NCBI GenBank assembly: GCA_000004695.1
Contig: CM000151.3
Coordinates: 7,744,001 to 7,808,000, forward strand
Length of the DNA stretch: 64,000 nucleotides
Direction: 5' to 3'
Origin: Dictyostelium discoideum
Taxonomy: Eukaryota
Part shown: one piece after another, positions 30,136-46,641 of the stretch
How the letters are laid out: each line of letters starts with the position of its first letter
Numbering within the stretch: the first letter of the stretch is position 1
The notes under the pieces: model-generated
The model's input: only the letters and a program-made list of their open reading frames with translations
The model's database searches: none
Told to the model about the DNA's origin: nothing
Position numbers and translations under genes: made by a program

Positions 30136-32793
30136 TTATTTTTTTAACATTAAAATTGATTTTAGTGTTATATTTTGTAAAAAAGCAGTTTTTGAAGATG
30201 AAAAGTTTAATTTCTTTGATTTAGTTAAAATGTTGTTAAATGAAGTGGTGGAGGTGGTAAAAGATGAACCATTAATAGATTTGAGAGGTTTAGTAGTATC
30301 ATCAAATAATGAGACTTTAGATTCATTTTCCGAAATTAAATTAATATCATTATCTTTTTGACTAATAGCAGCTTTTGCGATTTTATATTCATTAATGACT
30401 GATCTAATATTATCTTGAGAGAATGGTGATTTGAATTTTGATTTTGGAAGATAATTAACGATAATTTCTCTTTCTTTTAATCTTGAAATATTTAATTCTT
30501 GATAATAACCATCCAATATATCCTTTACATTATAGAGTAAATCTGCTTGATAAGGTGAGAATCTAATTAAATCATAAGCAACACCATATGGTACTTTACC
30601 AAAACCACAACGAATTGTATTTTGATAACGTTGTGAGAAATGAGTTACGATCGTTTTTCTAGCTCTCATATTGTAGGATACATTTAAAGTTTCATCTAAA
30701 GTTGAATGACGTTTTAGGTAAGCTTGGTCTTTTTCATCGTTGGCAAAGGTTGATTCGTGAATTAAGAGATCAGAATCTGCACCAGCTTTCTCTAAAAGTT
30801 GGCAAGGTCTAGTATCACCAGAGAAAGTTAATCTAAAGCCATCATTGAAATCAATGACACAACCATAGGCATTTGGTGCATGTATTACTGGTACATTTGT
30901 GAATGAACTAATTCCAAGGGTTTCACAAACTTGTACCATATTTTGACCACCCGAACCAATGCTTTGAGTTACAAATGAAAGAGATGGATCAAAACTTTCA
31001 CGATATTGAGTGATCCAATTGATGTAGGATGAATGTGAAACCACAAGCATTGGTGAATGTTTACTTCTCTCTTCTTCACTTAATTTGCTCAATGCTTCAT
31101 CCCTTGCTTTGACAATTGATATTAAACCCAAATGATGATCAGCATGTAAATGTGATATCCAAATCATTTTGGTGTCAATTAAAATCTTTTGCAAATCGAC
31201 TCTACCAAAGTATCTCTCCATTTGAATTAGAGTTGATTCACCACAATCCAATATGAAATGATTATTCTCACTACTACTAATGAGAATACCTGTAACATTT
31301 CTATGTTCTGAAGGAACGGATGAGGCAGTACCAAGGAATAAAGTTTTTGGATATTTACTAGCTGGTTTATTCTTTACCAATGATTCCAAATGTCTATCGA
31401 GATCCAACATTGTTTTAGTTTGTTTTTCACCCTCACCTTTCAAGAAATAATCATCATGTTGAAGTTGTAATTCATCTTGGTGACTTATAATATCTTGAGC
31501 CAATATTGGTGCACCACGGAATTGTGTTGGTGTCATTATGACTCTAAATGAATTTCTAGCTGGAATGATTGAATTGAAAATGGTTGATTTCTTTATATTC
31601 TCTAAGGAATTGATTGAAGTTGGCTCCCATTTTGGGGAATCGGTTTTATGGATTGATAATGAGGGTATCAAAATCTTTAATCTACTTCTAAAGAGGTCAC
31701 AAAGTTTAAGGACATCTTGAATTTCTGTGAATTCTTTATGTAACAATATATGTTTAGTTGAACCATACATAACACTACCATCCTCTTCAGTGATTGATTT
31801 CTCCTCATCATTAATATCTTTAAGTTTTCCATAGAATTTGGTGTAGTTATTTTTGGTGGATACATGACTAATCGATTCAATGAATTCCAAATATTTTGGA
31901 TTCTCCATTATATGTGGTGCAGTCTTATGATAGATGGCAGTCAATGGTTTTGTACCATCTTTAATTGAATCCCAAGCTGGATTATTAAATAAATCTTGGA
32001 AATACTCCTCTGATGGACAATTAATATATGCAAATGATGTACCTGGTGATGGTTTGGTAAGTAGTTCCTCTGGATATACCATTCTTGGATTTTCACGATC
32101 TTCATTCATAACTGGTTTTCTCTGTGCGACCAATTGTTGAATCTTTGATTGTTTGGTAATTTTTAAATCTCTTGCTTTATTACTATCGAATCTACCCATC
32201 ATTTTTTTAGAATGGAAAATGTAACATATCTTTTCATCTGTTGGTTCACTAACTATACTTGATTCTTCTTCTTGTTGTTGTTGTTGTTGTTGTTGTTGCT
32301 TTCGTTTTTGGTGTTGTCTTTGTGGTTTATGTGATTGTTGTAATTGTTTTTGTAATTGTTGTCGTTTTCTATGTTCTGGTGTTAAGAATGGTATTGCTAT
32401 AACTTTGAATACTCCATCCTCAATCATATAATTTTCACTATCTGAAAACTCTATAATCTCAAGGTTTTTAATATATTGAAAACATCTTGATATTTTAAAT
32501 AGTTTTTTAATTCCAGGTGGTCCATATATTTGAGTGTTGGTTGGAAATGTTGTAAATGATAAACCTATACCAAAAATACCACCAATATCTTTCCAATCAA
32601 GTGATGTTAATAAAATTTTACGTGTTTTATTAAATGATAAACCATCTTTACCAAGTAATGATCTTAATGTTGATTCTGATGGATCAATTAAATATCTATC
32701 ACCAATTTCTGAAAATACATATGTACATGATAAATTTGAACCATTAAATATAGTTTCAACAAATGAAACACCTAATGCATAATTCCCTCCCAT
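30136..32793 (-). CDS. tRNase Z, long form (ELAC2-type zinc phosphodiesterase), single 885-aa ORF.
   Basis: N-terminal pseudo-MBL half and C-terminal metallo-beta-lactamase half. ..LFLGTASSVPSEHRNVTGILISSSENNHFILDCGESTLIQM.. is the tRNase Z motif I region. MIWISHLHADHHLGLISI is the HxHxDH motif. There is also a poly-Q linker. Confidence 0.8.
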   Translation of the reverse strand: MGGNYALGVSFVETIFNGSNLSCTYVFSEIGDRYLIDPSESTLRSLLGKDGLSFNKTRKILLTSLDWKDIGGIFGIGLSFTTFPTNTQIYGPPGIKKLFKISRCFQYIKNLEIIEFSDSENYMIEDGVFKVIAIPFLTPEHRKRQQLQKQLQQSHKPQRQHQKRKQQQQQQQQQEEESSIVSEPTDEKICYIFHSKKMMGRFDSNKARDLKITKQSKIQQLVAQRKPVMNEDRENPRMVYPEELLTKPSPGTSFAYINCPSEEYFQDLFNNPAWDSIKDGTKPLTAIYHKTAPHIMENPKYLEFIESISHVSTKNNYTKFYGKLKDINDEEKSITEEDGSVMYGSTKHILLHKEFTEIQDVLKLCDLFRSRLKILIPSLSIHKTDSPKWEPTSINSLENIKKSTIFNSIIPARNSFRVIMTPTQFRGAPILAQDIISHQDELQLQHDDYFLKGEGEKQTKTMLDLDRHLESLVKNKPASKYPKTLFLGTASSVPSEHRNVTGILISSSENNHFILDCGESTLIQMERYFGRVDLQKILIDTKMIWISHLHADHHLGLISIVKARDEALSKLSEEERSKHSPMLVVSHSSYINWITQYRESFDPSLSFVTQSIGSGGQNMVQVCETLGISSFTNVPVIHAPNAYGCVIDFNDGFRLTFSGDTRPCQLLEKAGADSDLLIHESTFANDEKDQAYLKRHSTLDETLNVSYNMRARKTIVTHFSQRYQNTIRCGFGKVPYGVAYDLIRFSPYQADLLYNVKDILDGYYQELNISRLKEREIIVNYLPKSKFKSPFSQDNIRSVINEYKIAKAAISQKDNDINLISENESKVSLFDDTTKPLKSINGSSFTTSTTSFNNILTKSKKLNFSSSKTAFLQNITLKSILMLKK

Positions 32794-33200
32794 TTCTTTT
32801 TATTACTATTTATTAAGTTTTTAGTTTTTTATTTCTTAAAAAAAAAACAAATAACTGATAATAATAATAATAATGAAAAAAGAAAAAAAAATTAGAAAAA
32901 AAAAAAAAGTTAAAATTGAAAACGAATTGTAAAAAACGAAAAAAATAAAAAATAAAAAAAAACAAAATAAAATTAAATTAAAAAATAAAAAAAAGTAAAA
33001 AAACGAAAAAAAAAAAAAAATATCATAAATTAAATTAAAAAAAAAAAAGATTTTAAAATAATAATAAATTAGTAATTACAATAATTTTTTTAAAATTTAT
33101 TATACTAAAAAAAAATATAAAATGATTAATCAATTTACCCAAAAGTTGGATCAAATAATTTATTTTATTTTTTTTTATTTTTTTTTTTTTTCAAAATTTT

Positions 33201-33237
<37 letters not shown>

Positions 33238-33376
33238 CAAGTCATGACATACCCCTAAATTAAAATTTTTTTATTTTTTATTTTTTTTTTTTTTTTCATT
33301 TTCAATTTGTTAATTAATAAATTCAAATTGAAATTCATATATTCATAATATAAATAAATAAATAAAAAAAATCAAA

Positions 33377-34183
33377 ATGAGTGAGATGTTAATGTTAACA
33401 AGTTCAGATTCAATTGAAATCAATAGATATGAAGAAGGTATAAGAAATAGTGGTAGATCATTTAATTGGGTATTGGTTAGAGATACACTAAGATTCTTAA
33501 GAAAGAGTAAAATACGTAAATCAAATCTTGTTTCAAAGTATGGTTTAAAATTAGTTACGCAATATTTCAATAAATTAGAAGATCAAGAAGGTTATGATAC
33601 AATTGAACAAGTGATTGTAGCTTGTTTAGATTGTGGTGATCATACAAATCCAAAGAAACTTTTCGAACAATTAAAATCAAAATTTGGTAAAGATAGTGTA
33701 CGTGTCCAAAGAATTCATGCATTATGTCTAGAATCAAATAATCAGTTAGCTGAAGCTTTACAAATTTTTGAATCAATTTTAAAAAAGTATCCATCTGATG
33801 CTGTATGTATTATTTATTAATAGATTAATTTATTAATTGATTAACTACTTACTTACTTTTTTTCAATATTAATAAATAGTTAAGTATGAAAAGACAAGTG
33901 GCAATTTTTAAAGGACAAGGAAATTTGAGTAAAGCAATTCAAGTTTTAAATGCATATCTTCAAATATATATGTGTGATTTAGAGGCATGGTTAGAGTTAT
34001 CATCATTTCATATTTCATATCTATCATATAGCACTGCATTATATTGTTTAGAAGAGGTTTTATTAAATGCTCCAATTAATTTTGTTTTTTATATTAAATA
34101 TGCTGAAGTATGTAATATTTTTTTTTTGTTGTTTTTTAATTTCAAACTAAAAAAAAAATATTAATAATAATCAATTATTTTTA

Positions 34184-34226
<43 letters not shown>

Positions 34227-34542
34227 GCCTTTATATTGTTTAGGTGGTAATGAAAATTATAATAGTGCAGTTCAATATTATACACATGCATTGGAATTAA
34301 ATTCACCAACTGAAATGGATAAACTTGATCATCCACCAACATTTTTACCTGCCATTTATGGTATTATCATGTCAATTTATTCATTATGTGAGGAAGGTTA
34401 TCAATTAAAAGAAAGTCAACTCAAACTTATGGAATGGGCTCAAAATAATTTATTAACCATCACAAAGAAATACTCTTCAAATGATAAAATAAACCTTGTA
34501 AAACATTTCATTGATTCAACTGATATCTTTAATAAAGAATAA
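33377..34542 (+). CDS. ER membrane protein complex subunit 2 (EMC2/TTC35) homologue, TPR protein, 3 exons join(33377..33802,33880..34107,34228..34542).
   Basis: Exon 2 MKRQVAIFKGQGNLSKAIQVLNAYLQIYMCDLEAWLELSSFHISYLSYSTALYCLEEVLLNAPINFVFYIKYAE aligns residue-for-residue with human EMC2 [74 protein letters not shown]. Exon 3 (LGGNENYNSAVQYYTHALELN...) aligns with [21 protein letters not shown]. Donors GTATGT at 33803 and 34108; acceptors at 33879 and 34227. Confidence 0.78.
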
Positions 34543-35084
34543 AATATAAATTAATTAAATTAAAAAATAAAATAAAAAATAAACTTTAAATAAAAAAAAA
34601 GTGCTTGAAATAAACTATTTTATTCTTTTTACTTTATTATTAATAGTAATTTAATATTAAAAATTTTAATAATAATAATAATAATAATATGGAACAAATT
34701 GGAATATTATAATAAATTTGGATCTAAAAAAAAAATTTTTTTTTTATTTTTTTTTTTTCCATATTTTAATAAATGTTTTATTTAACATTAAATATTTTAT
34801 TTCCAAATTATTCAACTTTTAATAATTTTTAAAAATAAATAAAGAATAAAAAAAAAAAAAAAAAAATATCCTATGCCATCTTTTTTTTTATTTTTAGAAT
34901 CTATTTATTTTATTTTGTTTTTTTTTCTTTTGTTTTAATATTTTTAATTATTTTTAATTTTTTTTAATCTATATATTTTTTTTTTTTTTTTCTGATTTTA
35001 TTATATAATTTTTTATTTTTAAATTTTTATTTTTATTTTATTATTTAGATTTTAAATATCTAATTCAATCATAAATCTTTTTTT

Positions 35085-35120
<36 letters not shown>

Positions 35121-35174
35121 CAAAATAATTTTTTTTTTTTAAAAAAAAAAAAAAAAATAAAACAATTTTCATTT

Positions 35175-35207
<33 letters not shown>

Positions 35208-35262
35208 CACCAAAGAATAATTATTTGTTTTTAAGTTATAGGTGACTTTTTTTTTTTTTGTC

Positions 35263-38556
<3,294 letters not shown>

Positions 38557-38710
38557 TCATAAAAAAAAAAGAAAAAGAAAAAATAAACAAATAAGTAAAA
38601 AAGTGTTTAAATAAAATTTCATTTATTTTTTTTATTTTATTTTTCATTTTTTTTTATTTTTTTTTTATTGGAATAAAATTTTTTTTTTTTTTTTTATTTT
38701 TTTCTTTCCC

Positions 38711-38742
<32 letters not shown>

Positions 38743-38979
38743 GTATCTTGAGCATTCAAAGACAACGGCCATGAATAATTATTGTTAAATAATAAAATAA
38801 AATAAACAAATAACAAAGGTTCTTTAGTTCATAGAACCCTTTCATTCAATTAATTAGAACAATTCATTTTATAATTAACAAGAAATAATAATTATAAATT
38901 CATAATAATAATAATAATAAACATCGGTTCCAATTGAAAAAAAATAATAAAATAAAACTCAAAAAAGTAAAACAAACAC

Positions 38980-39024
<45 letters not shown>

Positions 39025-40465
39025 ATGATAGATTATAAAATTAATGAAATTTTAGTTAAACAATTAAATGATGACTATAATTGTTCAATTTGTGTAGATC
39101 CAGTATTAAATAGTTTACCATTAGAACAACATCAAGCACTTTCTTGTAAAAATGGTCATTTATTATGTCAAGCTTGTTGGGGTAAACAATTAGCATTAAG
39201 AAAAGAATGTTGCATTTGTAAAATAAAAGTTGAAAGTATTAGCGAACTTTGTAGAAATATGTATGTATATAAAAAGTTATAATTTCATTGTTTTTTTTTT
39301 TTTTTTTTTTTTTTTTTCCTTTATTAATTATTATTTTTTAAAAAAAAGATTTTTAGAAAAAGGATTTAGAAATAAAAAAGTTCATTGTCCAAATGGATTT
39401 GAAAATTTTAAAGTTGATGAAAAGTTAATAAAAGATGAAAGTGATGGATGTAAATCAGTGATAACTATAGATCAATTAGAATCTCATCTTAGGGAATGCG
39501 AATTTGTATTTATAGAATGTCCAAATGATCCAATTAGATGTAAAGATAAATTTAGAAAGAATCAAACCGATAAACATATGAACAAATGTCAATATGTTAC
39601 AATCAATTGCGAACATTGTAAAGAACCAGTGATAAAGAATGATATGCCAACACATATCGAGAATGATTGTTCCATCATCTCATTGGAATGCGAATTTTGT
39701 AAAGATAAATTTGGTAGACGTTCATTAGAGAACCATATAGCTAATGAATGTCCAAACGTAGTTATCGATTGTCCTCATAAAGAGGGTGGTTGTACTGCTA
39801 GAATCAAGAGATGCTATCTTTCACAACATCTCACCGAAGAAGATAACCATATCAGATATATGCAAAAAATCATTGAAAAACATAGAATTCAAGTAGAGGA
39901 ATCAGATCGTATCATTAAGAAACTTCGAGTCGACTATAAAGAATTGGAAAAACGTGTAGAGATTACCTCTCGTTACAAAGGAAATTGGACCATTGAAAAT
40001 TGGTCTCAAAAACTCACTCACTATCCAAATAATGAACGCTTAAAATCCCCTTACTTTTGTATTGGTTCAAAGAGTTTTTATGTTGGTTTATATCCAAATG
40101 GTTTCAATCAAACAAATGCTGGTTTCATGAGTATCTTTTTACATCTCTATGAAAAACCTTCAACTTCAACCACTGTCGTTAGATTTAGTTTTGAATTATT
40201 ACATTCAGATCCAACAAAATCTTTAAAATTTGGTAATTATATTATTATTATTATTATTATTTTGTTTTTAAATACAATTTATTTATTTTACTTACAAAAT
40301 TTTATTTATATAGAAAAATCAAATAAATATACTGAAAATAAAGGTAGTGGATTTAGTCAATTTATAGATATAAAAATGATTAATAACTTTATTATTGATG
40401 GAAAACTCACAATTAATATTGATGTTGAAGTTATACCACCAAGTAGTTCATTGGTTACAAAATAA
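39025..40465 (+). CDS. TRAF-like protein (RING finger + TRAF-type zinc fingers + C-terminal MATH domain), 3 exons join(39025..39260,39349..40232,40314..40465).
   Basis: RING: CSICVDPVLNSLPLEQHQALSCKNGHLLCQACWGKQLALRKECCIC. TRAF-type Zn fingers: HCPNGFENFKVDEKL..CEFVFIECPN..CQYVTINCEHCKE..CSIISLECEFCKDKF..HIANECPNVVIDCPHKEGGC. The MATH-like region GNWTIENWSQ..SPYFCIGSKSFYVGLYPNG...MSIFLHLYE is split by intron 2. Donors GTATGT 39261 and GTAATT 40233; acceptors 39348 and TATAG 40313. Confidence 0.75.
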
Positions 40466-40935
40466 AAAATATCTGAAAAAAAAAAAAAATAAAAAATAAA
40501 ATTTGTTTTTTTTTTTTTTTTAAATGTTAAATTTCAATAATACCAACAAAACTCAAAGAGAAATAATTAATTTGGATATGGAAATAAGTAATACCCTTAA
40601 CTGTAATAATTATTTTCAAATCCAGTTTTTTTTTTTTTTCAACTCAAAAAATAATTTATTTTACAAACCTAAATTGCCAATTTTCAGTTTTTTTTTTATT
40701 ATTATTATTATATTAAATTAAAAAATTAATAAAATTAAATATATTAAAGTGTAATTTTGTTAAATTCTTGGTAAATTTTATTTATTTCTTTTTTTTCATT
40801 TTTTATATTAATAATCAATTATTTTTATTTTTTTTATTTTTTTTTTTATTTTTTTATTTTTTTTTTTTTTTGTGAAGTTTCAAATTTTTTTTTTTTTTTT
40901 ATTTTTTATATGTAAAAAAAAAAAAAAAGAAAATA

Positions 40936-42053
40936 ATGGATAATAATAATTCAAATAATATTAAATTAAAGAATAATTTTGAAAAAAGGTTTCAAGAGAT
41001 TGAAAATGAATTAAGAGATAGTCATATTGGATTAGATGAAAACTTTTATACATCAATAAATGATAATATTGGTATTAGTAAATTAATTAGATTATCAAAA
41101 TCAATATATATAGCGAAAGATGATGATAATGATGAAAACATTGATAAAGAGAAAGAGACTCAACAACATCAAATATTTACAACACAAGAATATGAAAATG
41201 GTATTGAAATTCATGATATAAATAATAGATTAGTATTCTTTTGTTCAGATTATTTATGGAATTGTGAAAATCATATAAAATCATTATTAAAGATTTATTC
41301 AATTAATAACTGTATAATTTATTGTGGTCTATCTGAACTTGCACATATTAGTCATCCAAATTCTTCAAAATCAAAATCAAAATCAATTAATAATTTACCA
41401 AACTTTCAAAATTTTAAAAATAAATTCATTGAAAAAATGAAATTATCTTTTAAAAAAGAAAATCAAGATATCAATCATGATGGTCATGATGATGATGATG
41501 ATGATGAATATTATCAAGATGAATTACCAGATATATCATGTACAATTAAATATTTCCCTTTATGTTATAGTCAACCATTTAAAAATTTCTTTACTATTCC
41601 AATTCAAAAATCATTATTTCCTTCAAATTATTTTATTAATGATTTAAAGTAAGTTTTTTATTATTGTTTTATTTTAATATTTATTTCTTATTTTATAAAT
41701 TACTAATATAAAAAAAAAGATTAAATGAATATAAATTAAATAAAATGCCAGAAGAAATTCAAGATAATGTTCATAAAAGTATTTATTCATTTTTATCATT
41801 TTTAAATGAAATGAAATTGGGGTCAGTGTCAGGAGAAGATTTAAATATCTATCCAATTGGACCATTTTCAAGTTATTTAGCACATGAAATTCAAACCACC
41901 TTAGCCACTATAACAAATCAACAACAAGATGATTATCATCCAATATCTTTATTATTAATTGATAGAACTTTAGATTTAGTTGGTCCATCATTACATTCTG
42001 AAAATTCAATGGATAGAATTTATTTTTCAACTACAACACCATTAAATAAATCA

Positions 42054-42103
<50 letters not shown>

Positions 42104-43721
42104 TCAACTTAATAATTATCAACCAATAATTAATATTGAAACATTTTTTGATAATGATAATAAAATAGTTAGTGAATCAAGTATTAATGAATGTCCAAGG
42201 ATTATATCAACAATTAATGGTAGTGATATTGAACGTCATCAAAATCTTGATAATACCAACAACAACAATACCAGTGGTGAAAGTAGTGTTAGATTATGGG
42301 ATAGTTTAATTACAAAGAGTTTAAAAGATGTTATAATGATATTAAAGAGAAGATTAGTTGAAATCATTTCAAAAGAGAATATAAATGTTGATATTTCAAG
42401 TATTGCTGGTCCAACTAATATTCAATCTTTAATTGCTTTAGTAAATGTTTTAAAAGATGGTGATAATAATGGCGATTATGATGATAGTGATGATAATGAT
42501 GATGATGGTAATGATGATGGTGATGATAATGGTGATAATCATAATCATATGTTAATGTATAGGTATAATGATATAATAGAAGCTGTTGCTGCAGTTGAAC
42601 AAACTATTAATTTATCATCACAGTTTCATTGGGATCAACTATTATCAATTGAAAAAATTCTATTATTAAGCTCAGGTTATGAATTAGAAGAGGAGGATGA
42701 AGATGATGAAGATGATGAAGATGAAGAAAATGAAGATAATAGTGAACCATCAATACTATCACAAATTTGTGATATAATTGAAACACCAATTAGTGGTGGT
42801 GGAGGTGATGATAAATATTATTCAATTCAAGAGATTTTAATCCTATGTGTTATGGCATATTCAATCAAAGGTTTGACCTCAAAATTATCTCAAAAACATT
42901 TAAATTCATTATCATCTTTAAATATTAGCAATAGTGTTAGTAATAATAATAGTAGTAATAGTAATCTCAGTGGTAGTGGTAGTGTCAATGACAATAATTC
43001 TGTATCAACACTCGAAAAGATACCAATATTCTCAGATTCAGATGAACAAAGATTAATCAATTGTTTATCAGATAAAATTTTAAAGGAAAATATTTATAAA
43101 GATTTAAAATTTTTAAATAGAGAATCAAATAATAATAATAATAACAATGATAACGAAGAAAAAGAAGAAGAAGAAGAAGAAGAAGAAGAAGAAGAAGATG
43201 ATGAAAATATTATTGACAAGAATGAATTAAATGAAATTTTAAAGAAAAAAGTATTAAGTAAACTTAAATCAATTGGAATTATTAGACAAAAATATTTAAA
43301 TGAACATAAATCATTAATAAGTGGTGGTGGTAGTTCAATGATGGGTGCAACTTATTCAAGTTTATTAAGTCAATTGGTGAAATCATTATTTGAGAATAGT
43401 GTTTCAACGGGTGGTAAAGATATTAAAGATTTTGAAAAGTTTAATTCATCCTCTTTGGTTGGTTATCTATTAGGTAAAACAAATTGGATGGGTAGATCAA
43501 AGAAAAGAGAGAAACCATTGGATAATAGAAAGGTTTTAATATACGTTTTAGGGGGTATCACTTTCACTGAACTCAAGGAGTTAACTGATCTCTTTGAAAA
43601 AACTCTAAAATCATCCCAATATAAAGAATTTTCAAATCATCAATTCTTAATTGGTTCAAATCAAATTTTAACACCTTTAAAATTATTTAATCATTTATTT
43701 ATAAATGAAAATAAAAAATAA
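40936..43721 (+). CDS. Sec1/Munc18 (SM)-family protein, divergent and expanded by low-complexity inserts (~905 aa), 2 exons join(40936..41648,41720..43721).
   Basis: Donor GTAAGT at 41649; acceptor A(9)G at 41719 (phase 2). SM-family hallmarks: HPISLLLIDRTLDLVGPSLH (compare LLILDRSxDxxSPLLH). The C-terminus is KVLIYVLGGITFTELKELTDLFEKT...QFLIGSNQILTPLKLFNHLF (compare (I/V)IVFV(I/V)GG(V/I)TYSE......(I/V)I(I/L)GS(T/S)xILTP). There are acidic, Asn and Glu-rich inserts. Confidence 0.55.
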
Positions 43722-43827
43722 AAAAATTTTAAAAAAATAAAAAAAGTGAAATTAAAAATAAAAAAAGTCATTAAAATGAAAGTATGTATGTATGTGAACT
43801 TTTATTTGAAATTAAAATGTTTTTTTT

Positions 43828-43869
<42 letters not shown>

Positions 43870-44091
43870 TTTCTTTTTAATTTTTTTTTTTTTTAATTTT
43901 TTATATTTTTCCAAAGAGTAAATTAATTTTGTGTGTGGTGTGCCTTTGATTTGTATTTGTAATAAAAAAAATAATAATAATAATAATAATAATAATTTAA
44001 AAAATAAAAATAAAAATAAAAATCTAAAAATTAAATAATTAGAAATAATAAAAAAAAAATAATAATAAAAAAATATATATAAAAAAACAGA

Positions 44092-44245
44092 ATGATTAGT
44101 GCATTATTCTTAATGAATGGAAAAGGAGAGGTGTTAATATCACGTATCTATAGAGATGATATTAGGTATGTAATTTTTTTTTTTTTTTTTTTTATATTTT
44201 TTTTTATTTTAATTTCATTATTGTTTAATTAAATTATTAATAATA

Positions 44246-44302
<57 letters not shown>

Positions 44303-45756
44303 AAATTATGGTTTTGTAGCCGTGGTGTTGCAAATGCATTCAGATTAGAAGTTATTGGATCTCAAGAAACAAGATCACCAGTAAAATTAATTGGATCAAC
44401 TTCATTTATGTATATTAAAGTTGGTAATATTTATATTGTTGGTGTATCAAGACAAAATGTTAATGCATGTATGGTATTCGAAGTATTACACCAATTGGTT
44501 GACATTTTTAAATCATATTTCGATAATTTAGATGAAGATTCAATTAGAAATAATTTTGTTTTAGTTTATGAGTTATTAGATGGTAAATATATTTTTTTTA
44601 TTTTATTTTTTTTTAAAATTATTTATTTACTAATCTTTTTATTTATTTAAAAAATAATAGAAATTTTAGATTTTGGTTACCCACAAAATTGTTCAACAGA
44701 TGTATTAAAACTTTATATTACTCAAGGTCAAGGAAAATTAAAATCACTTGATAAAGTATGTATAAAACTAATGGAAAAGAAAAAAAAAAAAAAAACTTTA
44801 TTTTTTTATTTGATTTATTAATTAATTAAAAATAAATAAATATAAAATTTTTTTTTTAAAAAAAAAAGTTAAAACAAGATAAAATTTCAAAGATTACAAT
44901 TCAAGCAACAGGTACAACACCATGGAGAACACCAGATATTAAATATAAGAGAAATGAACTTTATATTGATGTTGTGGAGAGTGTAAATTTGTTAATGTCA
45001 GCAGAAGGTAATATATTAAGAGCAGATGTATCAGGACAGGTTATGATGAAATGTTTCCTTTCTGGTATGCCAGAATGTAAATTTGGTATGAATGATAAGG
45101 TTATTATGGATAGAGAGAAATCAACAAATGGTGGTAGTGCCGCTAGAAGTGGAGCACGTCGTGCAAATGGTATTGAAATCGATGATATTACATTCCATCA
45201 ATGTGTACGTCTTGGTAAGTTTGATAGTGATCGTACAGTAAGTTTCATTCCACCAGATGGTGAATTCGAATTGATGCGTTATCGTACCACTGAACATATC
45301 AATCTACCATTCAAAGTTATACCAATCGTTAGAGAGATGGGTAGAACTCGTTTAGAGTGCTCCGTCACTGTTAAATCAAATTTTAGTAGTAAAATGTTTG
45401 GTGCAAATGTTAAAGTAATCATTCCAACACCTAAAAATACCGCTGTCTGTAAGATTGTCGTTGCAGCTGGTAAGGCTAAATATATGCCAGAACAAGATGC
45501 TATCATTTGGAGAATTAGAAGATTCCCTGGTGATACTGAATTCACTCTCAGAGCTGAAGTTGAACTTATGGCATCCGTTAATCTCGATAAAAAAGCTTGG
45601 TCACGTCCACCAATCTCTATGGAATTCCAAGTTACTATGTTCACTGCCTCTGGTTTCTCTGTTCGTTTCCTTAAAGTCGTTGAAAAAAGTAATTATACAC
45701 CAATTAAATGGGTTAGATATTTAACAAAAGCTGGTACCTATCAAAATCGTATTTAA
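44092..45756 (+). CDS. apm1: AP-1 clathrin adaptor complex mu subunit, 4 exons join(44092..44165,44320..44582,44661..44755,44869..45756).
   Basis: MISALFLMNGKGEVLISRIYRDDI / SRGVANAFRLEVIGSQETRSPVKLIGSTSFMYIKVGNIYIVGVSRQNVNACMVFEVLHQLVDIF.. / ILDFGYPQNCSTDVLKLYITQGQ.. / ..YKRNELYIDVVESVNLLMS..MPECKFGMNDKVIM..IDDITFHQCVRLGKFDSDRTVSFIPPDGEFELMRYRTTEHINLPFKVIPIVREMGRTRLE..IKWVRYLTKAGTYQNRI*. This is near-identical in pattern to metazoan AP1M1, including GMNDK and FIPPDGEFELMRYR. Donors GTATGT 44166, GTAAAT 44583 and GTATGT 44756; acceptors TTTTGTAG 44319, AATAATAG 44660 and A(n)G 44868. Confidence 0.88.
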
Positions 45757-46151
45757 AAGAAAATAAAAAAAAAAAAAAAAAGAAAAAACAAACAAAAAAT
45801 AAATAAATAAATAAATAAAAATTAAATAAAAACAAAAAAATAATAAAATATCTAAAAAAATAAGAAATAAAAAAAAAATATCTAATCGTTGGAAGCAAAT
45901 TCTTATATTTTTTTTATTTTTTTTTAATATTTTTTTTTTCTTTGAAGAATTTTTTTTTTTTTTATTTCGATCTCTGATCATTTTTATGATATTTTCAAGA
46001 TATTTTTAGATATTTTTTTTATTGTTTTTTTTTATTTTTTTTTTTTTTATTTTTTTATTTTCTTAAGAATTGTTTTTAAAATTTTTATTTTTTGTTTTAC
46101 ATTATTTTTATTTTTTTTTGTAACAATATTTAAAGAGCAGAATAAAATAAA

Positions 46152-46605
46152 ATGAAATTTATTTTATTTTTTATAATTATATTTTATTTAATTTCATATA
46201 TTAATTGTATAAAATTGGAATTAACAGATATTACTTATAATGATTTAGGAGTATCAACACCTTATCAACACAATAGGAATCCAGATGATCTTACAGGAGT
46301 AGCCTGCTCTTTTTATTTAATGTTTTATGCGGTGGATATTGAAGATACAATTAATTCGGGTGAAGCAATTAATTTTACTTCTCAAAATTATCCTGGACCA
46401 TTTTTACATCAATTATCAAATAAAACAGCCAAAATCACTCAATATGATATTTCTATCCCAATAGGGTCAACCATTTTAGATGTTATAGCCCAATATGAAA
46501 ATGCACAGACTTCAATTAATGTAACATTAAATTGTCATGGTAAATATATATTTTCTAACAAATAAATTAATTAATTAATTAATTAATTTATACAAAATAT
46601 GTACT

Positions 46606-46641
<36 letters not shown>

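Noticed and set aside
45279-45644. 121-aa minus-strand ORF
   Set aside because: It is antisense to the highly conserved apm1 last exon.
44092-45756. Possibility that the mu-adaptin gene is AP-2 mu rather than AP-1 mu
   Set aside because: The motifs GMNDK, IDDITFHQCVRL.KFDS.R..SFIPPDGEFELMRYR and the C-terminal IKWVRY match AP-1 mu1 (AP1M1) rather than AP-2 mu (AP2M1).
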